Part shown: positions 1 through 10,310 of the stretch, in pieces
How positions within the stretch are numbered: the first letter of the stretch is position 1
Layout: the number at the start of each line of letters is the position of its first letter
Virus record (IMG/VR): IMGVR_UViG_3300045988_164982
From: a virus
Length of the DNA: 64,000 nucleotides
Direction: 5' to 3' (one strand)
Notes under the pieces: model-generated
What the model was told of the DNA's origin: nothing
The model's input: the letters and a program-made list of their open reading frames with translations, nothing else
Databases searched by the model: none
Position numbers and translations under genes: made by a program

Positions 1-60
1 GACCCTGATAATCCAGACCCTGATAATCCAGACCCTGATAATCCAGACCCTGATAATCCA
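1..60. repeat. 15-bp perfect tandem repeat GACCCTGATAATCCA x4, in frame and encoding (DPDNP)n
   Basis: direct reading of the sequence; frame 1 is open from nt 1 to 528. Confidence 0.9.
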
Positions 61-528
61 GAATATTGGAAGATAAAATTTGGCCCTATACGCGCCACTT
101 ATGCAGACCAGTATTACACAAAGAATTTGCACCACACCGATAAAAGATTGGCTTCAACACCAGAATATATCATGTGGACTTTGGATAATAAATTGGAGCA
201 GGATATTCAGTTTATTCAGGAAGTACCTACCATTATACGCTCCAGCATTCCTGTTAGAGATATTCGGGGAGATTTTACCCCGCAGATGGTTATTGCCCAC
301 GATAAAGCAAAAGAGGGAAAACAGTACAAAGAACGCAGTGCTGTTCTTACTATTCAGCAACATATGACATTACTGCTGGCTTTAGTTGGTGCCAATATCT
401 ATTACCATCGGGGTAATCCTGTGATTGAGCCTTGGATGCTTTGGGAGATATGGAAGTGGCTTGGACAGATAAATATACCAGAAGCCGTTGATACGATATT
501 TGACATTATGCCGAACTGGGGTGAGTAA
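1..528 (+). CDS. 3' end of a tail gene running in from upstream of the window (probably tape measure protein), ending in pentapeptide repeats
   Basis: frame 1 open from the window edge to the TAA at 526-528; sits immediately upstream of distal-tail-like genes. Confidence 0.4.
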   Translation, partial: DPDNPDPDNPDPDNPDPDNPEYWKIKFGPIRATYADQYYTKNLHHTDKRLASTPEYIMWTLDNKLEQDIQFIQEVPTIIRSSIPVRDIRGDFTPQMVIAHDKAKEGKQYKERSAVLTIQQHMTLLLALVGANIYYHRGNPVIEPWMLWEIWKWLGQINIPEAVDTIFDIMPNWGE

Positions 529-1761
529 ATGGCGGAACAAAGAATTACAGAAACAATTGAATTTCTTACGCAGATACACACCTCGTGGGATAATACAGAG
601 CAAAGAATGGCTCTGCGCAGCTATCCCAGACGAAGCATATCTTATCGTTATACAGGTGTAGACACTGCTATGAGTGAGTACCTGCGTTCTTTGACTAATG
701 GATTGCAGACACAACAGCTGGAATTTCCACTGTGGTCTGCGACACGAACGCTGCCGAAAACAAGGCGTAAAAAAGAAACAGGTATTCAACTTACAGCACA
801 GGATGTGTGGGATTATCGGGACTGCCACGCTGTTTTACTCACAAAGGAGTTCCAGGGAGCAAGAGGAAACTCTACCAGGTATTTCTTGAAACAGCTATAT
901 TCCAGTGGCTATCTACAGATGAAAACCACATTCAAAGACGATTATTACGAGGGAGCAACACTAGTCACCCCTGTATTTTGGGGGATATTAAATCAAGAGG
1001 ATAGTTATACAAATGTTACGGCAAGCCTTGCAGATATGTGTATAAATGTTGAGTTTATGCCATCGCTAACAGCTGTGAATCTGCCAGCAGAGTGTGATGA
1101 GTACAACTATCCTTTTCTTACTTTCGAGGAGTCAACTAATGCCCTAAATAATTATAAGTACATTGATGACTGTGAGTTATTTATGATGCCTCCATCATGG
1201 TATCAGGATATGAATATGAGCTATTCACGCAATGCTAATAAGCTGGACAACCAAACTGGTTATTTTAGGTATGACCTAAAGTCAAAGGCAACAACTACTC
1301 ATATGGTTTTCGATTACCATGCAAAAAGTAAAGACGAGATTCAATTCCTGCAAAGATTTTTTTACCGATGCAAAGGGCAGTGGAAGTCGTTCTATGTGCC
1401 TACATGGACGAGCGATATAGAGCTGGTCAAAGATGGAATCACCACCAAGCAGGAACTTATCGCAAAATTTCCTTATTATTACCGGTACTATAATGGCAAC
1501 CAGCGAAGAAAAACTATTATTATCTTCTTTAACAACGGAACTGTGAAGATACTGAAAATTGTTGGCTGGGAGCTGGACAGCAGTGGAAAACATAGCAAGA
1601 TAACATTGGAATCGCCATTGACTGAACCTATTTATATGAAAGATGTTCGTATGATTTCTTTCCTCTTAAAAGTCCGTCATGCAAGTGATTCTATGGTTAC
1701 GGAATACGAAACTAGAGAAAGTGCAAACATTTCTTTTGAATTAATGGAGGTGGATAATTAA
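529..1761 (+). CDS. phage tail structural protein (distal tail / DUF2460-like, GTA-type)
   Basis: 410-aa ORF; its ATG overlaps the previous stop (TAAATGG); position and gene order match tape measure -> Dit-like -> hub. Confidence 0.45.
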   Translation: MAEQRITETIEFLTQIHTSWDNTEQRMALRSYPRRSISYRYTGVDTAMSEYLRSLTNGLQTQQLEFPLWSATRTLPKTRRKKETGIQLTAQDVWDYRDCHAVLLTKEFQGARGNSTRYFLKQLYSSGYLQMKTTFKDDYYEGATLVTPVFWGILNQEDSYTNVTASLADMCINVEFMPSLTAVNLPAECDEYNYPFLTFEESTNALNNYKYIDDCELFMMPPSWYQDMNMSYSRNANKLDNQTGYFRYDLKSKATTTHMVFDYHAKSKDEIQFLQRFFYRCKGQWKSFYVPTWTSDIELVKDGITTKQELIAKFPYYYRYYNGNQRRKTIIIFFNNGTVKILKIVGWELDSSGKHSKITLESPLTEPIYMKDVRMISFLLKVRHASDSMVTEYETRESANISFELMEVDN

Positions 1762-2624
1762 TGCCTACAAGCAGTAATCTGTCAAAATATGAAAATTCCA
1801 TACAGGATGGCGAGCCAGTAGAATTTTATAAATTTACTTGTAATGGCACTGATTATCTGTACACCTCACGCAGAAAAGACTTGACCATCAATGATGAAAT
1901 CTATTATGGCGAATACATTGAGCGACAGGAGTTAAAGCCTGGAAGCAGTAACAGCTTGGTTGAAATGACAATCACTGTTTCCAAAGAGAATCCAGTGGCA
2001 AAGCTGTACCAGCAGGTGCCACCAGAAACGCCTATTAATCTAAAGATAATGCGACTTCACATGGCGGATATGAGCAAAGTAGATACTATCTTCTATGGCA
2101 GGGCAACACAGGCTTCTTTCGAGGATTCAAAGTGTCAGCTTACATTTGTTATGGAAAGCTGGCTAAAGAAAGAGCTTCCCAATGGACTTTATCAGTACAC
2201 CTGTAACAATGTTTTGTACAACCATAATTGCAAGGTAGACCCGTCCCAGTATCAGGAAATAGTATTTCTTGACAAGGACGAGGGATTGAATATTTATTCT
2301 AAGGATTTTGCCAAGCATCCAGATGGATATTATGAAAACGGGAAAATGTATTTCAATGGGCAAGTACGAATGATTGCTTCTCATAAAGGAGAAGTGTGTA
2401 CGCTAAAATATCCATTTTCCCTAAGACCTCGTAATAATATAGTTGTGTTACCAGGCTGTGATAAAACATTCAACACCTGTGTGAAGCGGTTTGGCAATGC
2501 TCTTAATTTTACAGGTTTTCCATACTGCCCACCAACAGATGCTGAAAAGAATCCTACAGGTGTAGGCACATATTGGGTAAATGGCAATATTGTTTTCCGT
2601 GATACAAATGGCTATATCCATTAA
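1761..2624 (+). CDS. phage tail protein, DUF2163 / BR0599-like C-terminal domain (GTA g13-like hub)
   Basis: 287 aa; ATGA stop/start overlap with the upstream gene; Cys-rich C-terminus CDKTFNTCVKRFGNALNFTGFPYCP resembles the BR0599 domain. Confidence 0.45.
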   Translation: MPTSSNLSKYENSIQDGEPVEFYKFTCNGTDYLYTSRRKDLTINDEIYYGEYIERQELKPGSSNSLVEMTITVSKENPVAKLYQQVPPETPINLKIMRLHMADMSKVDTIFYGRATQASFEDSKCQLTFVMESWLKKELPNGLYQYTCNNVLYNHNCKVDPSQYQEIVFLDKDEGLNIYSKDFAKHPDGYYENGKMYFNGQVRMIASHKGEVCTLKYPFSLRPRNNIVVLPGCDKTFNTCVKRFGNALNFTGFPYCPPTDAEKNPTGVGTYWVNGNIVFRDTNGYIH

Positions 2625-2635
2625 GGCGGTGAATT

Positions 2636-5600
2636 ATGGCAAGACGAAAAAATGATTCAGGCTTAGGTGCATGGGTTGGCTGGGGGCTAACCACCTTGGC
2701 ACTTTTATTTTTTAATAGACGAAGCTCGACCAGAAATAGCAGTTTCAATCAAGAACCTGCTACACTTAGCATAACCTCTACACGCATAGGTACTGTTATT
2801 CCTGTTGTGATGGGGCAATGCCTTATAAAATCCCCCCTTACCAGCTATTGGGGAGATTTTTCGAGTAGGGCATATACAGAAGATTACGGTATGTGGACTG
2901 ATGTAGATTGGACGAACATTATTATAAGTGGACTTATCCCCTTAATTGCAATCTTAGTTACGCCATCAAAGCATTTTGTTACCACAAGTAGTGGTGCTGG
3001 CACGGCAACTGATACAGCAAACGGCAATAAAATGAGAATGATTGTAATGGCCATCATATCACTCTTGCTGGCATTATTAACAGCCCTATTCACTAACCAC
3101 GGTGGCAGAACTACCATTCAGAAAGGTTTTAAGTATTACCTTGGCTATCAGCAGATATTATGCTGGGGTAGCCCTAATGCTAGACTAAGACGGATCTACA
3201 TGAACGAAAAAGAAGTGTGGTCAGGTGATGAACCAGCAAGCAATCATTTGGATGGCTCTCCGTTTACCATTCATGTAGATAATGAAAACTTATTTGGTGG
3301 TCCCGATGAAAATGGCGGTTTTGTAGGTGATATACGAGTATATTTTGGCGGAGATAACCAAGGTGCAGACCATTGGATGTCTAAGGAAATGAATGCTGAC
3401 AGTATACAGGCTGATTTGAGAGGCCTTACCTCTGCCTATAGACCATTCATTACCGTGGTTGTTCCTACCGCTTATGTCGGAAAATCAGCAACTATCCCTA
3501 CTATGTGGTATGAGATAGAGATAATTCCTGATTCTCTCGCCAAGGCTAACGGCAAAGATTACGCAAAAATTGGCGACGATGCCAACCCCGCAGAGATTAT
3601 AAAGGAAATAGTCAGCAACAATGATTGGGGATTAGCAGAATCTGCTGATTGCCTTGATATAAAAGCACTTGACAGCATGGGCGAACGCATTGCTAAAGAA
3701 CAGCTGGGGCTGTCAATTCAAATGACATCTAAGGAAACGGCAGAGAGCATTGTTGAAAATATATGCAGTCACATCAATGCCATTAGATATGCTGATTCTT
3801 CTACAGGCCTTATGGTTCATCGACTAATCAGAGATGACCAAGAAGATATGTTGCTGGTTAATACTTCTAACTGTAGTAAGATAACTTTCGTGCGACAGGA
3901 TTGGTTGAATACCATAAGTGAAATTTCTGTTTCATATACAGACAGAAGTGCCAGGTACGAAACAGGCACATTGACAGCTGATGACCCCGCCAACATAGAA
4001 ATTCTCAACGGAGTAAAGACAACAAAGTCCTATGATTTCCCTTACTTTACTACCGCAGCTAATGCGCTATACGCCGCGAAAAGAGTAGGTACAGAGCAGG
4101 GGTATCCGCTGGCAAACATCTCATTGGAGTGTGACAGGACTATGTCAACACTACGTTTAGGCGATAGGTTTGTTGTAAAATTTGCTCCATATGGCATAGC
4201 CAGCATGATTTTTAGGGCAACAAATGTTGATTTGAGTGATTTTGTTGATGGTACTGTCAAGATAGATGCCGTTGAGGATGTATTCTCCCTTGCCAAGAAC
4301 AACTTTACCTACAGTGGCAGTACCGAATGGGAACGCGACCCTGTACAGCCTAGTGAGATTCAAATATGGGGTGTTTGGGAAGAACCATATGAAATCACAC
4401 GAATGACAGAAACATTCGTAAAAATGTATGCTTGTCAGCCATCTATTGCGAATACGATATGGCATGTGTGGCGAAAGACAGCGACCGATTCCAACTTTGT
4501 TCGTTCAAACGATACAACAGCATGGACAGCGGTTGGCAAGATGGTTTATAACTACCCAGAAGATGGACTTGCCGAAGATTTGCAGGGATTTACTGTAAGA
4601 GAAGTCAACGGCATTACCAATATGGTTGAAGAAATGCTTATACCGACTTCTGCTGACATTGATGTTGCTAGGAAAGCCAATAGGATTGCTATCATAGGTG
4701 AGGAATGGATTGCGTATAGCGGTATGGTTCAACAGCCTAACGGAAATTGGAAAATACTAGGTGTTATCCGTGGCATATACGACACTGTTCCACAAAAACA
4801 TTCTGCTACCGAGCCAGTTATTTTTCTCCAAAGCGGACATTATATTAATGTAAAACGCGGCGGCTGGGTATGCAGTAAAGGACAGACAACAGATGAATAT
4901 TACTCCATTACTACAGATAGCGTTGACCAGCAGGGACAGTTAAATCCAGCATTGAATATCCATTTTGAAACAAAACAGCGTTCTTCTCGGCCAACTGTGC
5001 AAGGCAGGATTCGTATGACCGCACATATGTTGAGCGACCAATATTATGCTGATAAGGTGGCAGGTGATTTAAGCCTTACATGGGCACCTCGTGATAAGGA
5101 TTCCACTTTTACTGTAGTTACACAAAACGATGTAGCTGATTCCGTTTCTGGCACAGCATTTGAAAAGCCGAATGGACTTGATTATGTTGTTGAGGTATTT
5201 GCTGGTGGGCTGAGTATCCGTAAGGATACAGTGACAAACGAAGCATATTATTATTCGTGGGCTGACAGGTGCAAAGATGGCGGTGACATTGGAGCGGAAA
5301 CAACCATACAGATGTATTGCATTTTTGGTGGGCTTGAAAGCTGGCAACGACAGGAGAGAACATTCTTATGGATTGTCCCTACCATAGTAGGATTTGCTTA
5401 CGATGAAACAGGGGCAATTGGACTGATTCACGATTTAGAGAATAATGGTCAGATTGTTCTTCCTGCTGGGCAATACAATAATCCACAATATATTGATTAT
5501 GATGATAGCCCTGTTGTATTGCTGGGATTCCCTGTGGTAAATCCATCGACTCCAGGTGCAATGTTGGCTGCCGATGGCACATATTGGTTGCCAAATGGTA

Positions 5601-5752
5601 CGGTACTGCGGTTTAGCGACTCTACGACATATACAACGGACTCTCCAGCAGACTCTTACACAGTGAAAACTTGGATAAAGACTGTGCAATTAGGAACAGC
5701 AGATTATTATACATGGAATGAAACAAACAGCATTTTCGAGGTGAAAAAGTAA
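2636..5752 (+). CDS. phage tail host-specificity / central fiber protein (GTA g15-like)
   Basis: 1038-aa ORF directly after the hub-like gene; N-terminal hydrophobic segments; no internal stops. Confidence 0.5.
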   Translation: MARRKNDSGLGAWVGWGLTTLALLFFNRRSSTRNSSFNQEPATLSITSTRIGTVIPVVMGQCLIKSPLTSYWGDFSSRAYTEDYGMWTDVDWTNIIISGLIPLIAILVTPSKHFVTTSSGAGTATDTANGNKMRMIVMAIISLLLALLTALFTNHGGRTTIQKGFKYYLGYQQILCWGSPNARLRRIYMNEKEVWSGDEPASNHLDGSPFTIHVDNENLFGGPDENGGFVGDIRVYFGGDNQGADHWMSKEMNADSIQADLRGLTSAYRPFITVVVPTAYVGKSATIPTMWYEIEIIPDSLAKANGKDYAKIGDDANPAEIIKEIVSNNDWGLAESADCLDIKALDSMGERIAKEQLGLSIQMTSKETAESIVENICSHINAIRYADSSTGLMVHRLIRDDQEDMLLVNTSNCSKITFVRQDWLNTISEISVSYTDRSARYETGTLTADDPANIEILNGVKTTKSYDFPYFTTAANALYAAKRVGTEQGYPLANISLECDRTMSTLRLGDRFVVKFAPYGIASMIFRATNVDLSDFVDGTVKIDAVEDVFSLAKNNFTYSGSTEWERDPVQPSEIQIWGVWEEPYEITRMTETFVKMYACQPSIANTIWHVWRKTATDSNFVRSNDTTAWTAVGKMVYNYPEDGLAEDLQGFTVREVNGITNMVEEMLIPTSADIDVARKANRIAIIGEEWIAYSGMVQQPNGNWKILGVIRGIYDTVPQKHSATEPVIFLQSGHYINVKRGGWVCSKGQTTDEYYSITTDSVDQQGQLNPALNIHFETKQRSSRPTVQGRIRMTAHMLSDQYYADKVAGDLSLTWAPRDKDSTFTVVTQNDVADSVSGTAFEKPNGLDYVVEVFAGGLSIRKDTVTNEAYYYSWADRCKDGGDIGAETTIQMYCIFGGLESWQRQERTFLWIVPTIVGFAYDETGAIGLIHDLENNGQIVLPAGQYNNPQYIDYDDSPVVLLGFPVVNPSTPGAMLAADGTYWLPNGTVLRFSDSTTYTTDSPADSYTVKTWIKTVQLGTADYYTWNETNSIFEVKK

Positions 5753-8700
5753 ATGGGCACAAAAATAACAAAAAATCTATCAATCCCTATAGTAGATTCA
5801 CAAGACCATGTTGCCAAGGAGTCTATCAACGATGCCTTGCTTGTCATTGATAAAAATGCATTGCATGTGAACCACGCTCTAAACAAGTCCCATTGGGACT
5901 ATTGGAAAGCAAATACTCAATATGCATTGCATGACATATTCAGAGCACCAGGTATTCCATCGTGGGGCTTCTTTGAGGTCATTCAAGCTGGAACTAGCAA
6001 TACCGATGCAGAAAACTACCCTGTCGCATACGGAGAGGGCGATAAAGTAACCAATGGTACTTGTGAGTTAATTCTCCGCAGACTTAACACTACAGATACT
6101 CTTGATTTCTACAATAATACTTTGATTACATCAGATTCCGTGGTAGCGCGTAAGGATGTGCCAAAGTCAACAAGCGTAGTCGAATTGCATGGGGGTGGCA
6201 AAACAACATACCCTATCACATCAGGAAATTCTGTAAGAATCTATGCCAGCAAATTCGGAGGCATTACGGAGCTTCTGTGTGGGTATTACGATGGTGGAAC
6301 CAAAGGACAGGCTCGCCTTTATTATCGTAATATGAGTGGAAGCGGTGCTGATTGGTCAGATTGGGATAGAATTGCTTTTACCGGTGATGCTGCTACTATT
6401 TCTGCATGGGCAAGTGGCACTTCTTATAATGCCAATGATGTTGTCAGACTCAACAATAAGCTGTGGGTTTGTAAAACAGCCAACAACGACAAATCATTTA
6501 CTAAGGCCAAGTGGGTGCAGATTGATGGTTATGATGCCAATGCTCCTGATTGGGAAACAAAACACACCTATTCCAAGAATGAAGTGGTTGTCAGCGAGGG
6601 TAAGCTCTACAGAGCTACAGTCAACCATACATCTACAATTGACCTAAAAACTGATATTGCGAACTGGGAATTAATCAGCGGGGCAGATCCATTTATTCCA
6701 GACTGGGAAACTAAACATGATTATTTGAAAAATGAAATAGTTGTCAGTGAGAGAAAATTGTACAGGGCAAAGGCAAGCCATACTTCTACAACTGACTTAA
6801 AGACTGACATTGCCAATTGGGAGTATGTAGGGCACGACCCTTACATTCCTGATTGGGAAGCCAGCCATAGCTATCTAAAGGACGAAACTGTTGTTTATAA
6901 AAAGACCATTTACAGAGCACTTAGCAAGCATAAATCTTCTGCAGCATTTGCAAGCGATGTTACTAAATGGGAGAAATTAGGCGGTGCTGGGGGCGTATCT
7001 CAGTGGACAACAAAGGAAAGCTATGATGTAGGCCAACTGGTTACTAATGACGGTATTCTGTATAGAGCAACTGCAAGCCACACATCTGGCACTTCCTTTT
7101 CACAGGATGCAGCAAATTGGTCGGTTGTTACAGCTGACCTTAATCACTGGGCCAAAAGCACCTATTATCCAGCAGGTATCATTGTAGAAAGTGGCAACCA
7201 GCTTTATAAGTGCAAAACTGCTCATGTATCTACCACCTCTATCATTGCTGACAATGATAAATGGACGAGAGTTACCAAACTCCCTTACATAAATGATTGG
7301 GAAGCATCTCATGACTACCAAAAAGATGATGTTGTGATAAGCGGTGGCAAAATGTATCGTGCCACTGCCAACCATAAGTCAACGACATCAATTGACAAGG
7401 ATATTGCCAATTGGGAAATGCTTATCAAAGCACCTTATATTGAGGATTGGGAGGCTAAGCACGATTATCTAAAAAATGATATTGTCGTTTATAAAAAGAC
7501 CATTTACAGAGCTAAACAGGCACACACCGCTACTGCTTCATTCTTAGATGATTCTGCAAATTGGGATAAATTAGGTGGAACAGGCAGGATTACTGCATGG
7601 ACTTCCAAAGAAAGTTACCAAGTAGGCCAGCTTGTCACTAACAACGGACTTCTTTATAAAGCAGTGAAAGACCATACTGCAAGTGCAGATTTTACTGCGG
7701 ATATTGCCAATTGGGAACTTGTTACGGCTACTGTAAATGCGTGGAGAACGGAAGTATATTATCCAGCAGGAATTATTGTTGAAAACAACAAAATCCTGTA
7801 TAAGTGTGTAACTGCACATACTTCTACCACTTCTCTTAGCGCAGATATTGACAATTGGGAGAGCATAAAAGGCGGTGCTCCTTATATCCCAGATTGGGTG
7901 ACTAAGCACGCTTACAAGGAGAATGAGATAATAGTAAGCGACTCCAAGCTGTACAGGGTAAAGACTGCACACACTTCAACAACCAGCCTTAGCGATGACA
8001 TTGCTAACTGGGAATATGTAGGGCATGACCCAAATATTCCAGATTGGGAAATCAAACATGACTACAAGCAGAATGAAGTAGTTGTTGTTAATGGTGCTAT
8101 TGCTAGGGCACTGTCTGCCCATAAATCATCAAGCACACAGTTCAGTGATGATGTTGCCAACTGGGAGTTTGTCAGCAGTTCCAGCGGAATGGCAAAGTGG
8201 ACTGTAAAGACTTTGTACCAAAAAGGACAGCTTGTGTCAGCTTGGAACAATGCCTATTATGCAAAATCTACCCATGTATCAGGCAATGATTTCTTCACAG
8301 ATTATGCTAACTGGGAGTTCTTCTGTTCTCATATCAATGGCTGGGTAGGAGCTGGTTATAATTACGAGCCTGGTATGACAGTGACTATGGACGGCAAAAT
8401 ATATTCCTGCACACTGAAACATACTGCTACTTCTTCATGGGAGGACGACAAAACCGCTAATTGGAGGCTCATAGGAGAGGCAGCACTTCTTACTGATTGG
8501 GCAACCAAGACCAGTTATGAGGTTGGCAAAGTTGTCGTAAAAGATGGTTCTATATACAGAGCCAATACCAAACATACCAGCACAACATTTTCAGCAGATA
8601 CTGACAAGTGGGAACTGCTCTTTTCCAGCATTGATACATGGAAAAAAAGCACTTACTACAAAGTAGGTGCTGTAATTACCGTCAATGGGTTGATTTATCG

Positions 8701-10306
8701 TTGTAATACCGCCCACACATCTACTACCACCATTAAGGCAGATATGGCGAATTGGGACATCATAGGCGGTGGTAATCCATACGCACCAGACTGGGCAACA
8801 AAACAGGTATATAAGGCTAACGATATTGTCGTAAAAGACAGCAAGTTGTACCGTGCTAAATTAGACCATACTGCTGGCACAAGTTTTGCTGATGATAAAG
8901 ACAAGTGGGAACTTATCGGTCATGACAAAATTACCGATTGGGAACCAGAAAAAAAATATGCCGTGGCAGATTTGTGTGTGTACAAATACAAACTGTATCG
9001 CTGTAAGCTGGCACACACAAGCTCTAGTACCATGAGTGATACCGAGCTTTCCAAATATTGGGAGGAAGTCAGCAAATCACAAAGTATCCCACCTTGGCAG
9101 ACAAAAACCATATACAATGTCGGAGATATTGTATATGAAGATTTTTCTATATATAGATGTTATAAAGCACATACTAGCGGAACATTCATAGATGATTTGG
9201 TTAATAGTTGTTGGTATAAGCTAGACCGACGAAGTGTTATCACCACAGGTATACCAACATACTCGTTAGGCCAAGAATTGATTTACGATTCCTATACTGG
9301 ACTACGACTTTCAAGAGGATACTATAAAGCTCCCTCCACTGAAGCAGAGCATAGTTCACGCTATGACCCAGTATGCACCAGTTTGGTTGATTACGATTAT
9401 CGGAGCGGGTACATTCGTAATCATTTGTATGGAGAAACAGCTTATTGCGGAAACAAAAGGGTTTATAAATGCTCAAAAAGAGAGCCAATACCTCCAAATA
9501 CACCACATAGTATTGAATCATACAGAATAACCTACCTAGCTACTGAGCAAGTGTTTATGATGAATAAATATGACAATGATTTAAAAAGATACTATGGTGA
9601 GTTAGTAATCAAACTCCCGCAAGTTAGTGATGTGACAAAGGTATCTTTCGGTCGGTATTTTCATAAAGGCGGTGCAGTTGATAGTGCCGATATTAGTATT
9701 TATACTAGCATCGATGGAAAAAAATATAACCTTGTAAGCATTTTCCATTACCTAATGGATAATATCACTGCAAAATTTACAGCTATATGTTGCTCGTATA
9801 TAAAAATTCGGTTGTATGGTGTATATTATGCAGGAAGCTCACATAGTAGTAAGGACGGATGGAGTTTTTCATTTATAGATGTTCATGGATTATCCCCTTA
9901 TTGGACACAAATCAAAGATGAACGAATCTTAGACTATGATTCTAGTAAAACTTACGAGTCACAAGATGTTGCTGTGCTTAACCGAAAACTATATCGTTGT
10001 GCTCTTCCTGTAGACGATAGAACAGGCATGAGTTACGATTATATGACAAAAAATCCGCAGTGGGAGTCACTTATTGCAGACATTGACCATTGGACAGCTG
10101 GTACTCTTTACGCAAAAGGTAGTTCCGTCATTTATAATCATGCACTTTTTGAATGTTTGGAGTTACATACAGCGTCTTCCGACTTCAAAACTGACTTGGA
10201 AGATAAATCTCCTAAATGGGTACAGATAAGCGGTGTTGGCACAGGGGATATTGCTACAGAGGACGAAGTGTTAGCAGCTATGACTGCGGTAATTACGGAG
10301 GATTGA
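5753..10306 (+). CDS. tail fiber / receptor-binding protein with about 24 tandem CBM5/12-like (chitin-binding-type) repeats
   Basis: 1517 aa; repeated ~45-aa unit DWETKHxYxKNExVVxxxKLYRAxxxHTSTxxxxxDIANWE (W..Y..V..G.LY.A...H.S......W pattern) from about aa 200-1100; short N-terminal fiber-anchor-like region; distinct ~400-aa C-terminal domain. Confidence 0.6.
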   Translation: MGTKITKNLSIPIVDSQDHVAKESINDALLVIDKNALHVNHALNKSHWDYWKANTQYALHDIFRAPGIPSWGFFEVIQAGTSNTDAENYPVAYGEGDKVTNGTCELILRRLNTTDTLDFYNNTLITSDSVVARKDVPKSTSVVELHGGGKTTYPITSGNSVRIYASKFGGITELLCGYYDGGTKGQARLYYRNMSGSGADWSDWDRIAFTGDAATISAWASGTSYNANDVVRLNNKLWVCKTANNDKSFTKAKWVQIDGYDANAPDWETKHTYSKNEVVVSEGKLYRATVNHTSTIDLKTDIANWELISGADPFIPDWETKHDYLKNEIVVSERKLYRAKASHTSTTDLKTDIANWEYVGHDPYIPDWEASHSYLKDETVVYKKTIYRALSKHKSSAAFASDVTKWEKLGGAGGVSQWTTKESYDVGQLVTNDGILYRATASHTSGTSFSQDAANWSVVTADLNHWAKSTYYPAGIIVESGNQLYKCKTAHVSTTSIIADNDKWTRVTKLPYINDWEASHDYQKDDVVISGGKMYRATANHKSTTSIDKDIANWEMLIKAPYIEDWEAKHDYLKNDIVVYKKTIYRAKQAHTATASFLDDSANWDKLGGTGRITAWTSKESYQVGQLVTNNGLLYKAVKDHTASADFTADIANWELVTATVNAWRTEVYYPAGIIVENNKILYKCVTAHTSTTSLSADIDNWESIKGGAPYIPDWVTKHAYKENEIIVSDSKLYRVKTAHTSTTSLSDDIANWEYVGHDPNIPDWEIKHDYKQNEVVVVNGAIARALSAHKSSSTQFSDDVANWEFVSSSSGMAKWTVKTLYQKGQLVSAWNNAYYAKSTHVSGNDFFTDYANWEFFCSHINGWVGAGYNYEPGMTVTMDGKIYSCTLKHTATSSWEDDKTANWRLIGEAALLTDWATKTSYEVGKVVVKDGSIYRANTKHTSTTFSADTDKWELLFSSIDTWKKSTYYKVGAVITVNGLIYRCNTAHTSTTTIKADMANWDIIGGGNPYAPDWATKQVYKANDIVVKDSKLYRAKLDHTAGTSFADDKDKWELIGHDKITDWEPEKKYAVADLCVYKYKLYRCKLAHTSSSTMSDTELSKYWEEVSKSQSIPPWQTKTIYNVGDIVYEDFSIYRCYKAHTSGTFIDDLVNSCWYKLDRRSVITTGIPTYSLGQELIYDSYTGLRLSRGYYKAPSTEAEHSSRYDPVCTSLVDYDYRSGYIRNHLYGETAYCGNKRVYKCSKREPIPPNTPHSIESYRITYLATEQVFMMNKYDNDLKRYYGELVIKLPQVSDVTKVSFGRYFHKGGAVDSADISIYTSIDGKKYNLVSIFHYLMDNITAKFTAICCSYIKIRLYGVYYAGSSHSSKDGWSFSFIDVHGLSPYWTQIKDERILDYDSSKTYESQDVAVLNRKLYRCALPVDDRTGMSYDYMTKNPQWESLIADIDHWTAGTLYAKGSSVIYNHALFECLELHTASSDFKTDLEDKSPKWVQISGVGTGDIATEDEVLAAMTAVITED

Positions 10307-10310
10307 TAGA

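Noticed and set aside
6336-9521. Multiple 60-130-aa ORFs on both strands inside the 1517-aa fiber gene
   Set aside because: They are shadow frames of the long repeat-rich CDS.
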